Below, piece by piece: positions 11,391-25,560 of a stretch of 64,000 bases of DNA (positions within the stretch are counted from its first letter, which is position 1; every line of letters begins with the position of its first letter). The translations under genes were made by a program, and so were the position numbers. Where the stretch lies: NCBI RefSeq assembly GCF_009914755.1, contig NC_060926.1; one strand, 5' to 3'. Origin of the DNA: the human T2T-CHM13v2.0 reference genome, Homo sapiens. The notes beneath the pieces were generated by a model. It was not told the origin of the DNA, did not search any database, and worked only from the letters and a program-made list of their open reading frames with translations.

Positions 11391-12639
11391 GACGTATGCA
11401 CACACTTCCTAACCGCGTTCTGGGCACAGGACACTTTGTTGCAGGTTTAGCTTTTCTTTCCTGTTCCCCTTCCCTTTCAATGTCATATTTCAATCATGAC
11501 TTCATCTAGAGGCGGAGAAAAACATGCTAACTTGGCCCAGCTCCACAGCTTCCAATTGGCTAAAGCTGGTAAACTTTTCTCTGGCTGCTATGCTGCAGAT
11601 GCAACAGGGTGCCTGTTTCTTTTTCCTGGATACAAGTTATTGTAACGGAAAGTATTGTTTGCATTTGCCCTAGAACTGACTGATGGGTTGCAGAACACCG
11701 GGTGTCCTACTGGGAGGCATAGAGTTTAAAGGGTACTGCAGCCAAGTTTGTATTATTAGTTTCTCATTTGCAAAGGAATGGGACTAACTCTGATAATGAT
11801 AAGGAAAACAGCTCAGTTCTTATTACTCTTGCAGTTGCAGAAACAAAATAAGTTAAAAGAGATTGAACTTCAGGGATATTTAAAAAAAGTAATACTGCTG
11901 TTATGACTGTTATGTAATATATGGAAACTTTTTGAATGACCACATTTAAAAAAATGATTGTTTTTTTCAAGAAGTGAGACTGAGGAAAAATAAAATGTGG
12001 TCTTTTTAAGAACCTACCGTGATGATTTGTTTTAACTAACTTTGAGTTGGTGAGGAGAGACTTTCTCAAATGCCCATCTCTGCAAGGCATTTATTGACAC
12101 GTGCCCAGAAGTGTCTGTTGGCAGGCTGAGTTGGAGTTTCTCAAGTGGTTCTAATGTTTGACATTTTAAAATTCCTGCTCAGTGAAGTGGCACACCTGTT
12201 CTCAAATGTGACCCTCCTCAGCTGAACCTTGGGATGTGGGGCTTATTTTCCTAAAATGGCTTTACATGCTTGAGTTGATTTTAAACGTATCCAGCCTTTG
12301 AAAGTGCTTTCAGCAGGAAGTTTGTAATAGGCCTTCTATGAACAATTTTGAGACGAACAAATGCCAGCTCATACCAGGTCAGGGATTGATAATGGAACAA
12401 TGCCATTCGTCAATAGTAACACCTACATGTAAGCCAATCAATCAGCAGGCCATTGGTTATCACGTTGGTTGAATCTCTGCCTTCTGCTATATGCATGAAG
12501 CACTATCCAGAAGACATTGGCAAAGCATGATGGAGACCCTGCTCTCAATGAGTATAGCTGCCAGTTAGGAAGATGAACTAAAGATATTTACAGAGGCCTT
12601 CAATTTCTTCAGATAATTGGTGCCACCAAAACCCACTTA

Positions 12640-13250
12640 AAGCAAATGCTTTAAAAATAGAGACCAAAAAAGGTGAAAAGAAGGTTTGGTTGAGATGTTA
12701 TCTTTTAAAAAAGTAAGAACATTATTAAAATTAATTTACCTTATATTTAATAAAATTTAGTTGGTCAAAAATGTGTTAAATATTAGAATAAAGGATGAAT
12801 CAAGTGTTGATTTTAAGAAGCATAATTTTCTAACAAAATTATATGATATCATGACACGACGTCCTTTTACATTTGACTTTTGTGGGCAAATCATAGAGTG
12901 TCACTATTTCAAAAATATTTGAGGGCTTCATCAATTTTCCAAGAGCCTCTCTTAAATTTTGACATTCAAATCATTTCTTTTTGAAGCACTTATTGTGCCA
13001 TCATCCGTGTAGATTTGTTCTTCTTCAAATGTTAATGTTAACTATTCCAGCTGCAGATTCTCATTTGTCAGAGGAGTTGCCCATGATTCAAGGGCTTCTC
13101 TAACATTACCTTCATCAACTTCATGATTTCCTACATATTTTGCAAAATTTGCGATTTCACATTATAATCACTTCACCCTGATTTTGCATTGATTTGCGCT
13201 GATTTTGCATTGCATTGTTGGATATTGTATAATCAGCTAGATGAATAGAG
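12640..13250 (-). mobile_element. Ancient Tigger (TcMar-pogo) DNA transposon remnant, transposase C-terminal part
   Basis: Minus-strand translation (13161-13042) CEIANFAKYVGNHEVDEGNVREALESWATPLTNENLQLE, followed by LREALGK and KSTLDSSF, resembles Tigger transposase C-termini. Broken by stops and frameshifts. Confidence 0.6.
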
Positions 13251-13366
13251 ACATTAAAGAGATGGGGTGTGAGGTGGGAAAAGGAAAGAGGCTAGTTGTT
13301 AAATAGAAAGAAAGGTTTGCGTGTGGGCTTATTTATTTTTAAAATATATATTTTGAATAACACAAG

Positions 13367-13911
13367 TAATATCAGTCATCTATTGCTGTGTAACATACCA
13401 GCATGAAACTCAGTGGCTTAAAATAACGTTTTATTTACTCATGATTCTGTGGTTGGCTAGTCAGGGCTCAACTAGAATGGATTATTTCTGCTAGGCATAT
13501 GCATTCATCTGTAGTTTGAGCTGAGGAATCTGAGATGGACTCATTCACGTGTCTGCCTCCTCAGCTGGGGCAACTAGGATATTGGGATTTCTCTCTTTTC
13601 CATTTTTCAGCCTCTGGGGCCTCTCCATCTGATCTCTCTAGTAGGGAAGTCAAACTTTTTTTACATGGTACTTCAGGGTTCTAAGAGAGTAGAAGCAAAG
13701 CTGCAGGGTGTCTTAAGGCTGCAGGGTATCTCTGGAACTCTCCCCTTGTCACTTCTACATTCTGTGTTCCAAGTAGGTCACAGGCCAAGATCAGATTCAA
13801 GGGGTGGAAATAGACTCCACCTCTTTAAGAGAGAGAAGCAGTAATGTCCCATGACAAAAGGGTGAGCCGCTTGGGAGAGACTGTTGTAGTCACCTTTGAA
13901 AACAATCACCA
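13367..13911 (-). mobile_element. MLT1 (G/H-like) MaLR LTR
   Basis: CTATTGCTGTGTAACA...AAACTCAGTGGCTTAAAATAAC...TCATGATTCTGTGG...AGATTCAAGGGGTGGAAATAGACTCCACCTCT motifs. Confidence 0.75.
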
Positions 13912-16334
13912 CGTGAATAGATTGTTCTTTTAAAAGGCTATCACAGATAAAGTGGAGCCCCTTTTGATCACCATTTCCATTTTATTCCCTTCCCTCTCTT
14001 GTCAGGTAATCATTTTAATGAATTTGGCATATATCCTTTAAAAATTATATTTAAAAGTGATCAGTTCATTAGTGAATAGTTTCATGCTGTGATGCAATTT
14101 GTTTTGTTGGACAACCTTACAATCAGGGGAGCTAGAAGGAGCTATGTAATGGGAACATACAAGATGGCCTGAAACTAAGTAATAGACTACCCTGAGCAGC
14201 CAGACTTACCATTTAGTTGTCCTAAATTAAGTCTTCTTTCTGTCTGAGAGAAATCAGTGAATTTCAGCGGTCAGTTCTTAAAAGAAATGCTTAAAATAAT
14301 TAATTCTACCTACCACATATTATGAAGTTTCTTGGAAATTAGGTAGTGGAGTTTAGACTTGATACAGTGACAGGCTGGGGAGGTTTTTGAACACGTGAAG
14401 GTGATGTGTTTAAGAAGAATCTGTACAGCAATAAGATGTAGAGATGGGTCACTTGGCTGGTGGGAAATAAGTGCTAGGCACTGGGGATGCAAAGATGAAT
14501 GGTGTGTATTTGTTACCCTTTAAAATCTCCCACCTTAGGAGGATAGGTAGGTAGACAAATCCTAGGGATAGAGGTACAGGTGTGGGCACAGAGAGGGAAT
14601 GATTAGCTCTGCTGGAGTCTAGGACCATGAAGGCTTTAGTCATGACAGGGTATGGTTAGGACTCAGAATCCTCCAGCTGATCACCAGCTCCCCCGAACAC
14701 CAGTTAACCTCAGAGGTTTAAGTCACAGAAGCACAGAAGTCATTCCAGGAAAATACCTACTTTATTATCAGTTAAGGAATTGGTCCCAATTTCTATGTGG
14801 TTTCCTATTCTGAACCACTAGCCCATAATTCCTAGACCAGAGGCAGCTCAGTGGTCTCTTTTGTTGACCTTTTCCATGTAGGTCCATAAAGTAATCTGGG
14901 CACTCTTGGTCTGACAGCAATAGGAGACCTGGAATGAGGATCCCACAGAAAAGAAAGCCCTTTGCCCCAGTGGCTAAAGAAACAAAGAAAGCTAAGCAGG
15001 CTACTCCATATATATTTTCCCCTGTCCTCTATGTTGGAGTTTGAAAGCCTTTCAAAGGGTGGGTTTCCTCTTGAACAGGAGGCAGTCCTAGGGTTGTATA
15101 TTCACCATATGGAAAGAAAGAAAAACCATGTGATGACACATCCACGTGTTTTATGTCATCGAGTTTTGGGGTGATTTTTTAATGCAACAGTAGATAACTG
15201 GGAACTGTAGTTTGCAATGACAGTGTAATTCTAAAATAATTATTGTTAATAGTCTAGGTTTGTTCCTAGAACCCCTCTATCTAATATGTTTTATGCATAC
15301 TACTGTTTCCAAAACTTAACTGCTAAGGTAGTGTTATAAAGCAAAATAAAGGACTTTGTGTGATTATTCTCACCTTAAGAAAAACTTAACACTGGGTTTA
15401 ATACCAAAAGGTGGTAGGAAAAAAGCATATTACCAGGATAAAATGCATTATGCAGAAAGGAAGGTGGAGTTGAAAGATCATCTGACCCTATCTGGGCGAA
15501 CTCTATATCGAGTCATTGAATCCTGCAGTGGGTGTGGATAGAAAGTGAGGGTGCAGTTTGCAGAATGCCTGAACGTCTTGCCTTATCTTTTTCTACGGCA
15601 GTGAAGAGGAATCAAGTGTTTACTTTCACTAGAAATATTAATGATGAAAAGCACATGATTATATGATTCGAATCTCTTCCAACCACAGTCCTTGTGTATC
15701 AATGATGTCAGTAAGAAGTAGAGAAATGTATAAGGAAATCCTACATAAATGAGTGATGAAGCATAAATAATGTATAGTGTTTACATATAAGGTAAATTTT
15801 ACCCACTTCCCATGTGCTGTCATTTAGGAACTCCAAGATTTTAGAAAACTCTAGAGGAGCTTACATTCTCAAGGCCTTCTCTGGCTCTTGGGTTTAAATA
15901 AGTGTTTCTCTATGTGCCATATCTGTACTTCTCCATAACTGCCCGGTTGTAAACTCCAACCCCTTCTTTAAGTATCATACAATCCACTCACATAAAGTAT
16001 TTCTAAGTGGAGTAGATGTTAATGAAGTTTTAGACTCACAGTTAGGAAGATTTCTGACATCTTGCTGGTTTTTCTCCTCCTAGTTTTCTTTCTTCTGTTT
16101 TCTCCTTACCTCCATCCACTCTCTGTATCATGAAAAGAAATATTACTCAAACACTGGACATTAGGTTTTATGTTCTACCCCAAGAAGATATGTTATTATT
16201 ATCATAAAAGAAAGTTTTCTCCCTTTCTAAGAAGAATTCTGGTGCTCTGGTGCCAGTTAACTCTTTTTTACTTTTTTTTTTGTTTTTGTCAAGAACACAG
16301 GTAGGAAGACACATTAGAACATTGTTCCTTCATA

Positions 16335-16625
16335 AGTCATTCATTTAACAAATATTATTGAGTAAATATTAAGTGCTAGGAATACAGCAGTGAACAAGAG
16401 ACAAAGCCCCTGTTCTTATGGAGCATATATTTTTGGCAGGGGGAGGGGTGTGAGATTGGAAACAGATAATAAATAAAACACAATGTAATATCAGATAATG
16501 ATAAACACTAGGAAGAAAACTAAAGCAGACTAAGCGGCCTGAGAGTGATGAGGATGCTATCTTAGGGTGGTCAAGGAAGTCCTCTTTGAACCAGGACCAT
16601 TTAAGCAGAGATATGTTGCAGGAAT
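16335..16625 (-). mobile_element. L2 3' end
   Basis: TCATTCATTTAACAAATATTATTGAG...GAATACAGCAGTGAACAAGAGACAAAGCCCCTG. Confidence 0.7.
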
Positions 16626-16649
16626 CTGGATGAGAGGAAAGGGCTTTCT

Positions 16650-16960
16650 TCTGTAGCAATTTGTCGTTTTTAACATGGTGATATAGTTTTAGTTGGGCAC
16701 ATGGGCATCCAGCTAAAGACAACACTTCCCAACCTTTCTTTGAGCTGGGTGTGGACGTTTTACTGACTTCTGTTCAATAGATGTGAAAAGTGATATGGGC
16801 CCCTTCCAAATGCTGCCCTTCAAATAATTAGTTGTGTGCCCTGTTGATTCTTACCTTCTTTTCCCCGTATTTCTTTTTTTTTTTTTTTTTTTAAGGAGAT
16901 GTCAAAAGCTGACTGTCGACACAGAAATAGAAACCATTGACTTAATGATTGAAGATGGCA
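16650..16960 (+). mobile_element. Old MLT1 LTR fragment
   Basis: GGGCACATGG...CCAGCTAAAGAC..ACTTCCCAACC motif typical of MLT1H/I/J. Confidence 0.55.
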
Positions 16961-17034
16961 GCTCTTCCTGCTCTCTCACTCTTGTCCCCTTACCTCTCTC
17001 TCCCGCCACCTTTTCTCATTGCCCTTGGTCAACA

Positions 17035-17265
17035 GAGTAACAGTTAAGAGCATGGACTCTCAAACCAGATTTCCCAGTTTCTGATTCCAGCAAGGTTGTA
17101 TGACCTTGGACAAATTGCTTTTCCTTTGTAGGCCCCAGGTTCTTATTATAAAATGAGGATAATGATAATTCTTACTATTATGGGTTGTTACAGAGATTAA
17201 ATGAGTTAATATTTGTGAAATATTTGGACCAGTGCCTGGAACAGGTAAGCAGCACATGTGTTAAA
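17035..17265 (+). mobile_element. MIR
   Basis: GTTAAGAGCATGGACTCT...TGACCTTGGACAAATT...AGATTAAATGAGTTAATA...CAGTGCCTGG. Confidence 0.8.
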
Positions 17266-20200
17266 TACATAAATTAAATAAAAACCCTTACTAATATAAC
17301 TATTTAGTTCAGCCTCATGGCTTTGAAGGTGTGACTTTATTTCTTTTCAAAAATATGTTGATATCTTGTATTGCATATGCCATAGTAAAAATTAATGCCT
17401 CTTCTGCTGTCTCTATCTGCCCTGTTCATTCACTCAGTACTGTGTGGCGTACCTTAGGGAAATATATGGGAGTGCCTTGGCCTTTCTTACACATAAGTTA
17501 ATCAACTGCCTTAAGTGAATTGCTATATGCTCAGCACAGACTTAGACTTTCAGACAATATGAAATAAATATAAATCAACATCTTCATCCTGGAGAGGTTC
17601 AGAGTCTTACAGGAAGAGCAAGATTTACGCACAAGAAACAGTTAGAAGACAATACAAGGCAATACCTGATGAAGTGTTGAATTTGTCCTTTTTTAGTTTC
17701 AGGAAACACTTAATATCACAATAACCCTTAGTTTTTGTTTTTCATTGCAGACCCCTAAAGCAAACAGGAATTGAGGCAAAGAGCTTTAAATTAAAAGGAT
17801 AATTTAGTAATAATGCTTTTCTTATAATACAGCATTTTTCATATATGATGTCTTGAGATACTGTAAAACCTTGGAAAATAATGCTTGAAGGAAATGGGTG
17901 GGTATCTATTGTTTTTCCATGACCAAATTGATGCTTAGGGGAAGTCTAGGGCTCTGCAAAGAACAGCAAGATGAGCAGATAGATATAATATGCTCTTCCT
18001 TCCCCGGCTAGAGGCAGCGTTTCCACCCTTTTCCTCAGTTTTCCTTTCCCTGTCTCGTGACACCTAACTGCTGTTTATTGAATCTTAAATCTCTCCCATG
18101 AAGGCGATTTTAGAGATTCCTTTGGTCACGTTTCAGCGTTTAATAAGCCTTATTTTGAAATTGTTAGTTTTGAGGTCTATCTTGTGAATTTGTTCTTTGA
18201 AGTTTCATGATAGATGGATGTCAAGAAGTCATAAAATTCTGTCCTCTATTAAAGCAAACAAACAAGCCCATAAAAGCCAAGGACAACAACGGAAATGTGT
18301 TACCCTGTCTGAAAAGAAAGTTATATTAATTTGAAAGCTTTAGAGAAGGAAATTCTAAAACCATTTTGCTAACCAAGTCTGTTATATGTCAGGAAGTTCT
18401 TCATAAATGATTTAAATCCTTATCATAGCAACATAAAACCATTTCCTCTCATTCTGCTGTTTTTTGAGTTAATGAATAGTCATATAATGTATTTTTATGA
18501 ACTACCTATTGTCATTTTTCTGTAATTACTACATATTCATATTAAAATTTAGGATTCCTGGTTAAATCAAGGCTATCTGGATAGAACCCACTGCTTATAA
18601 ATAACTTTGTATCAAAAATATTTTGGCAATGCAACTTGATTCAGCAATAAAATATTTTTGTAGGTGAATAATGGTGGCAGCTAGAAGCATTTGCCTGGTG
18701 GTTTACACTTAGGAAGTACTTGAACTATCTTGAATTATCTCTGAATGCTAAAAATGTGTGATTCCAAATTCCTTTCCCTCTGGCCTCACATTTGTTGGCT
18801 TCAAAGAACTATTGTCTTAGTGGAAGCTATGGCTCTATTCCAGTTGAAAAAATAAATAAATATTGAGCGAGCCAGAAATCCAGGTAACAAGCAGAGGTGA
18901 CAAGAGCAGAGGGAATAAGGGTTTGGCTGACTGTCCTCATGTACCTGACTGCTTCATTAAAACATATTTTCAGTATCTCCTCCTAAAACAATTATGGGCT
19001 GTTGCACAGGCACAGTCATCATATCAGGGCTGATTAACACAAAACATGATGGAATTTATTATAATGCGAAAGGAATTTCGTGTCTTTGGGGCTTACTTTC
19101 CTCATTTGTAAAACTGGTCTCTGATTTCGGAGGCCTTTTCCAGTGATATTATTTTATAATTTAATGAACACTTTAACACATTTTTTTGCAGAGTAATTTT
19201 GTTAGTATTGTCTCGCATTCTCAACTTTAAAAACAGAAACAATACAGCATTTTTTGGTCACTAGATTTCACCTCTTCTCACAGTCGAGGTAGTTTGACAA
19301 AGTGTAGTGTTTCAGTGGACTGAGAAATCAAAAGACCTGAACTAGATTTTTGGCTCTGACACTAACTGGATGACATTGAACACTCAACCTTGTGGGCACT
19401 GGCTTTCCTTATTTATAACATGAATGGTTTCACTGTATGATCTAATTCAATTCAACAAACAGTTATTAATTGCTTCCTGAGTTTAAGACCTTTGAATAGG
19501 ACATAAGGGTGAAGTTGGGGAAAATACAAATTAAAAGCATGGAGAAAGAAGCTGTTAATGAAATATGCGGCCAGTGAGAGAAAAGGACAGAGTTAAGCAT
19601 TACAATAGAAAAAAACCAAAGTTCTAGGAGCACAAAGGAGGCAATGAATACATTTCGAAGTTTTCAAGTATTATGAAAGATAATGTTAACCTATAATGGA
19701 AGAGCCCTTCAGGGAAAGATGTATTTGGCCTGCATTTTGGACACCGTAGCTAGCGGATATAGTTCATTGCAGCAGCTACTTAGAGCCACAATCTACTATG
19801 GTGATTAGGCATGTCCATCTCTCGCTGCTAATTTCACTCCTCTGCAGGGTGTAAGAGAAATGAAAACGTGGGAAGATAGAGTTTTTCCAGTTCAGGGATT
19901 GACCTTTAAAGGAATCAGGGCAGAGAGAGGGTTATGTCAGTAGAGTAAATGAGTGTAAATATCCCTGACATAAGATTGAACTAATTAAGTTTAAATGGGA
20001 GGGAGCCTGATCTAAATTAGAGAAAAATATTATCTAAATTATAGGATCTTTCTTTCAAAAAATGCAATGTAATTATATTATTTTCAAGTATATGTGGTAA
20101 GTTGAACTAATTGCTAGAAAAACATTTCTAAGTTTAAGTGCTATTGGAATCTTCTTTTAATGAATAGATAAATTTGGATTCATGCGGACTATCCTTTGGA

Positions 20201-21244
20201 ATGCATATAATTTATGTGTTAATATGTTTGAAACAAAATGGCTAATCAAGCTCTTTAAATTTTGTTCATGCTGCTAATTTGTTTAGTGACCCCCTTTATA
20301 TAAATAGTTCAGAGGTAAACTCAAGTCCAATATGGTTCTAATTTTCAAAAGTTCGTTACGAATTAGTGGAGTCTGAATGAATGCTGTCTCACTCAGGTTC
20401 TTATGTGCTAGAAATGGTGCAACTTGTTGACAATCAGATCTGGCACTGTTATCCCTAAAAAGTTGTCGATAAAATCAAATCATAAAGGGAGACCAGCTAA
20501 CTGCTTCAGGCTGTCATATACCATGTCATAGTAAGGGACATGACTGATGAGGTTCTGGAGGCTCTTTTTGGACACAAATATATTGATAGCAGTTGGAAGA
20601 TGGAAGTAAAACAAAGTGGTCAGGAGAGTTCCTCACAGTGTCTGTTCAAGCTTAGCTATTGTTCAGGTAGGAAGAAGGTCAGATCCAGGCAAGAATTAAG
20701 GAGAAGCCGAGATGACAAAAGTTTAAAAGAAATCCTGAAAGAGGAAGCAGTCTGGATGCAGGAGCAGGCAGAAGCAAGGAGATACCGGGTGGTTTTCTTG
20801 AAGAGCATTCAAAACATGGGAAACGCCATGTGAAATTCTGGGGTCAGCTTTTTGAGCTAATCACACTGGTATTCATAATGGCAGGAACTGTTGTGAGCTG
20901 ATCTTTGACTCTGCCTCCCAGAGTCACATGGTCTAAAATACCCAAATCTCCAGTATGTAGGTCCAGAAATGTAATCTTATCCGCTCATTCTTAGATAATA
21001 TTTGGGGAAAATTAACTCACTCTACTGAAACTCACAGGAGAGAAATATATGAATCCAAGTATCTGTGTATTAATTAATAAAAAGAGAGCTAATTGGTATA
21101 ACAAAGCACAGTGGCCATTTTGGAAGCCTAGTAAATGCTAAGATGGCATAAAAGAAGATTGATATTCCCGAGAAATGTTTTATTGAGTTGTGGGTAACTA
21201 TATGTACTGATCTTTCATATTTTGGGTACATTATGCCTTGCCAT

Positions 21245-21817
21245 GGGGGGTTTCATGAATCTGTAGAGAAATGAAAAAAATAAGGGCAATACAGTGGACT
21301 TACCATAAAACTAAATGTATTTAATTTAGAAGAATGTGCTTTATTTTTGATTATGTCATTGTTATTACTGATGTCAAAATGTTGATTTTAAGACATTATA
21401 GTACAATTTTTTTTTAAATTACTTTTAACTTTACAGAATAAGAATACTGGCGACCCTATCAGGTCCCAATTTTTCCTTTTTTGGAGTGTGATTTGATTTA
21501 TGGTTTCATGAAATCCCAAAGTCTGAGAACCCCTGGCTTAGAAAACTTCAATAAGATTTGTCTACCAATGGTTTTCATTTATTCATCCACAGAGTGAAAT
21601 GCATTATCATATCAAAAAGTACATGCACACTCAGACATACATGAATATGTAAATATTTATAATAGAAACAGAAGTTTCACAAAACAATACTTAATCTTAC
21701 CTCATTCAGTGTACTCTGATCTATTTCATTTTACTTGTTAAAAATGTCAGTTGCTATCCAATAATTTGATTTCATGACCTACTAATGAGTCACAACCCAC
21801 AATTTGAAAAACACTGT
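21245..21817. mobile_element. hAT-Charlie non-autonomous element fragments (two adjacent pieces)
   Basis: Termini ...AAAGTCTGAGAACCCCTG (~21535) and ...ATTTCATGACCTACTAATGAGTCACAACCCACAATTTGAAAAACACTG (21817) are typical Charlie TIR regions. Confidence 0.55.
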
Positions 21818-22509
21818 TGTAGACCCAGAGTCCTCTCTTCCCAGGACGTAGCTGAATAAACACTGACAGGTGTTTCCTTTTTGGATCTCCTTTTCTAGAT
21901 TCCACACAGACCATATCCCTTCTGGTGCACATTTGTTGCCCTGGATAGGTTACAATACAATTGATTAAATACAAACTTTCTATATGTTAGCTGTAATTCC
22001 GCCCTTAGGATACACCCTTGTCACCTTATTTAGTTTGAGAAATATTCTCTACTTTGTTTGGATTTAGAAGTCACTTTGGTCTTATTTTTACAAAACAAGG
22101 AAGTCCCCTGGTCTTATTAGCCCCACTTTTACAAAATACTTATTACAATAGGTTATAATGTAGACAAGCAATTTGCACTCATTTTAATTAATTTTTTTTA
22201 GCCTCAATTGCAGAGCATAACATTTTAGTTACTAATCAAATTTGAGATTTGGGTAGGGACGGGAGAGAACATCTTACTCCAGCCCTGGCCACTGGCCAAG
22301 CAATGGAAGATAACTAGACAGTCCAGAGGAAAAGAAAAAAGGCAACTAAAATGAATTACATTAATGATGACGTTAAAATGTCCAAATGTACGTTACATAG
22401 TTTAGCTATGTAAACTTGACACCAGAGTAATGAGGAACAGAATATATGCTATGTATGTTTTGGAGTAAGTATTATTTTATTTTGGATCATAGGTTTGATA
22501 CCAGTGCAG

Positions 22510-23035
22510 CAGTGTCATGTGCTGGTTGAGTGTGGGCTGTGGTGCCAGACTGTCTGGGAAAAGGTCCATGTATTGAGGCCCCATTTTAGGATAAAGGGAC
22601 TAAGCCTTACAAGGGTTAAGTGACCTTGTGCAAGTCTCTTAACCTCTCTGAGATTTAGCTATAAAATGAGTTATAAAATGAGAAACATTAAGAGTACCTA
22701 CTTCATGGGGTTGGTCTGAGGGTTAAATTAGTTCTACATGTAATGTGCTTGGTCTAATGCCTTTCGTGTGGTTAAAAACTCAGTGCATTTTAGTCGTCAT
22801 TGCAATCATCTTACAGCTAGTGGTTCACAGGCTGGGATTTAGAGTCAGTTACCTAGATTCGAGTTCCAGCTTATTATTCTAGTTGTATAATATTGAGAAA
22901 ATTACTTAATCTTTTGAAGCCTCACTTTTCTTATTAAATAAAACTGTGCTAATAATAATACCTATTGTGGTGTTAATGTTTTGTGGATTTGATGACACCA
23001 CAGAGTGCCTATTACATACAGCTCAATAAATACTA
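22510..23035 (+). mobile_element. Two tandem MIRs
   Basis: GTGACCTTGTGCAAGTCTCTTAACCTCTCTG and GATTCGAGTTCCAGC...TTACTTAATC...GCCTCAC cores. Confidence 0.65.
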
Positions 23036-23549
23036 GTCAGCTAGCCAAAATTACCTATGCTACCTCATTTTGCATGTATTCACTTCATATAGTCTTTCTG
23101 CTGTATATTTCATCATTCAGATCTTGACTTATACATCAGAGGTCTTGGATAGAGTACAATTTAATTGCTGTTTATCTTTATGTCCTCCTAACAGGAGACA
23201 ACATTCTACCCTAAAAGAATCAAACAAACATGAAACTTTAAATAAAGTTGCAGCATTCATTTCAATTCAATAACTGTCTTTTTGAATTTCCATTATGTGC
23301 TAAGTGTGAGTCCTATAAGACACATTTCCACCTGGCAAAGGTTGAAGAAAAGCCAAATTTAAAAGGCTACTATAATTAGAACTTTCGCTAACGGCAGTTA
23401 AACCGATTAATGTCCAATGGGACCCACTCTACTGAAACATATTTTTTAGGCAGTTATACATTTATATTAAATTAAACATTCAGTGAATAAATGAGCTTAT
23501 GTATCAGTGTCTCCATGTGGTTCTTGGAGTTAATTTTGTAATGATATAG

Positions 23550-24585
23550 CCAGTGCCGCTGAGGGCATCTCCCTTGCTGTTTTCTCTGCCTGGAGTTCTT
23601 CCTATTCATTCTCATATGGCTGGCTTTTTTCCCTCTCATTATTCAGCTAGTCTTCCCTGACCATCCTACCTTATAGGGGTGCCATCCTCAGTCTTTCTCT
23701 CCCTGAGCACCCTGTTGCATACTCTTCACATACCACTGTGTAATTGAAATAATACTGTTTGTGAGCTGCTCTTTGCCTGTGTCACTCACTAGATCTAAAG
23801 CTCCAGGAAGGCAGGGACTTTGTCTATATTTTTCATGGTTTGTATTATGTTTCTATTATTTGTAACAAATTACCATAAACTTAGCAGTTTAAAACAACGC
23901 ACAGTTATTGTCTCACAGTTTCTGTGAGTCAGGAGTCCAGGGTTAGATTTGCTGGGTTTCACTAGGGTTAGCTCAAAATTTCACCAGGCAGATATCAAGG
24001 TATTGGCTAGGCTGCAGTCTCATCTAAGACTTGGAGTCCTCTTTTGAGGTCATTCAGGATGTTGGCACATTTCAACTTCTTGTGGCTGTAGAACTAACAT
24101 CCTTTTTTTCTTGCTGGCTGTAAACCAGGGTGAGGGGGAGTGCTCTCAGTTCCTGGAGACTACCCAAGGGTCTAGACATGAGACATTCTTACAACATGGC
24201 AGTTTATTTCTTCAAGGCCAGCAGGAGAGTCTCCTATCTCTAGACCCTCTTTTAGGGGTTTGCCTAATTAGGCCAAACACACCCAGGATAATCTCCTTGT
24301 CATTAACTCAGAGTCAACTGATTAGAGACCTTAATTACATCTGCAAAATATCTTCACCTTTGCTACTTAATGTAACGTAATCAGAGGAGTGATATCTCAT
24401 CATATTCACAGGTGTCACCATACTCGAGGGGTGAGGATTATACAGGGCAGGTAGACCAGCGGTGGGGATCCTGGAGGCCACCTTATAATTCTGCCTACCC
24501 ACTGTTGTAGCCCATTTAAATGACAGTAGGTATTTAAACACATATTTGTGCATGAATGAGTGAATGAATGAGTAAATGTCAATTA
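23550..24585 (+). mobile_element. L2 3' end (split by an MLT1E)
   Basis: CTAGATCTAAAGCTCCAGGAAGGCAGGGACTTTGTCT...TATTTGTGCATGAATGAGTGAATGAATG. Confidence 0.7.
23841..24501 (-). mobile_element. MLT1E-like MaLR LTR inserted in L2
   Basis: TGTATT...GTAACAAATTACCATAAACTTAG...AGTCAACTGATTAGAGACCTTAATTACATCTGCAAAAT...CTGCCTACCCA; L2 sequence resumes on both sides. Confidence 0.82.
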
Positions 24586-25160
24586 AATAAATAAGAACGG
24601 AGGAATCAGTGAGAAATGTAAATAAACTGTTGGTTGTGTTCAGATATATGTTTAGCATCCTATATTGAGTTCAAAACAATCTTGTGATTGGATTGTCCAC
24701 TTAATTCACTTTTCTTACTGAGGGACTTGTGACTATTACACCGTGTAAAGAGGAATCAAGTAGTATTTTTTGTATTATATTAGCAAAGTTTCTGTAGTAT
24801 AGTCTTGATTAATATTTCTAACCAAAGGTCTTATGCAGATGAAGTTGTTAAACCTGAGGATACTAGAATGGCTTGCACATGAAAGCCCGGTTTATCATTA
24901 GCAAATCAGGATTAATTGATATTAGAACTTGGACTTCTGCTGTCTGTCATTGGAAATTTAATATTCCACTGTTTCCTCAAAACCAGAGAGAAGGAAGGCA
25001 TTTTAATTTCTAGGAGAAATAATACAAAATTAGGTTCAGAAAAATGTTTTCCTGACTGTAGCTAAGATACTACTTTGTGGAATGACCCTGTAAAGGAAAT
25101 GTAGGCACTCCTATTATTTGAGATATAGGAAACTACAGGGATGGGGCAGGCATAGGATAG

Positions 25161-25560
25161 TGTATTAGGCTACTCTAGCTGCCATAACAAAATACTACAT
25201 GCTGGGTGGCTTAAAAACAGATATTTATTTTCTCACAGTTCTGGAGGCTAGAAGTCCATGATCAAGGTGCCAGCAAATCCTGTTTCCAGGGAAGGTCTCT
25301 TCCTGACTTTTAGATGGCCTCCTTCTCACTCTGTCCTCTTGCAGCCTTTCCTTGGTGCACACACAGGGAGAAAGCTATGCTCTTTCTTCCTTTTCTCATA
25401 AGGACATCAATCCTCTTAGAATAGGACTCCACTTAAGGTTAAATGATTAGGACCTTGTTCAGCCTTATTATCCTTGTAGGCCCAATCTCCAAATACAGTC
25501 ACCTTGGGGGTTAAGGCTTCAACATGTGAAGTTAGAGAGGACATAGTTCAGTCCACAATA
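25161..25560 (-). mobile_element. MLT1A-like MaLR solo LTR
   Basis: TGTATTAG...GCTGCCATAACAAAATAC...TCACAGTTCTGGAGGCTAGAAGTCC..., with perfect 5-bp TSD GATAG (25156-25160 / 25561-25565). Confidence 0.88.
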
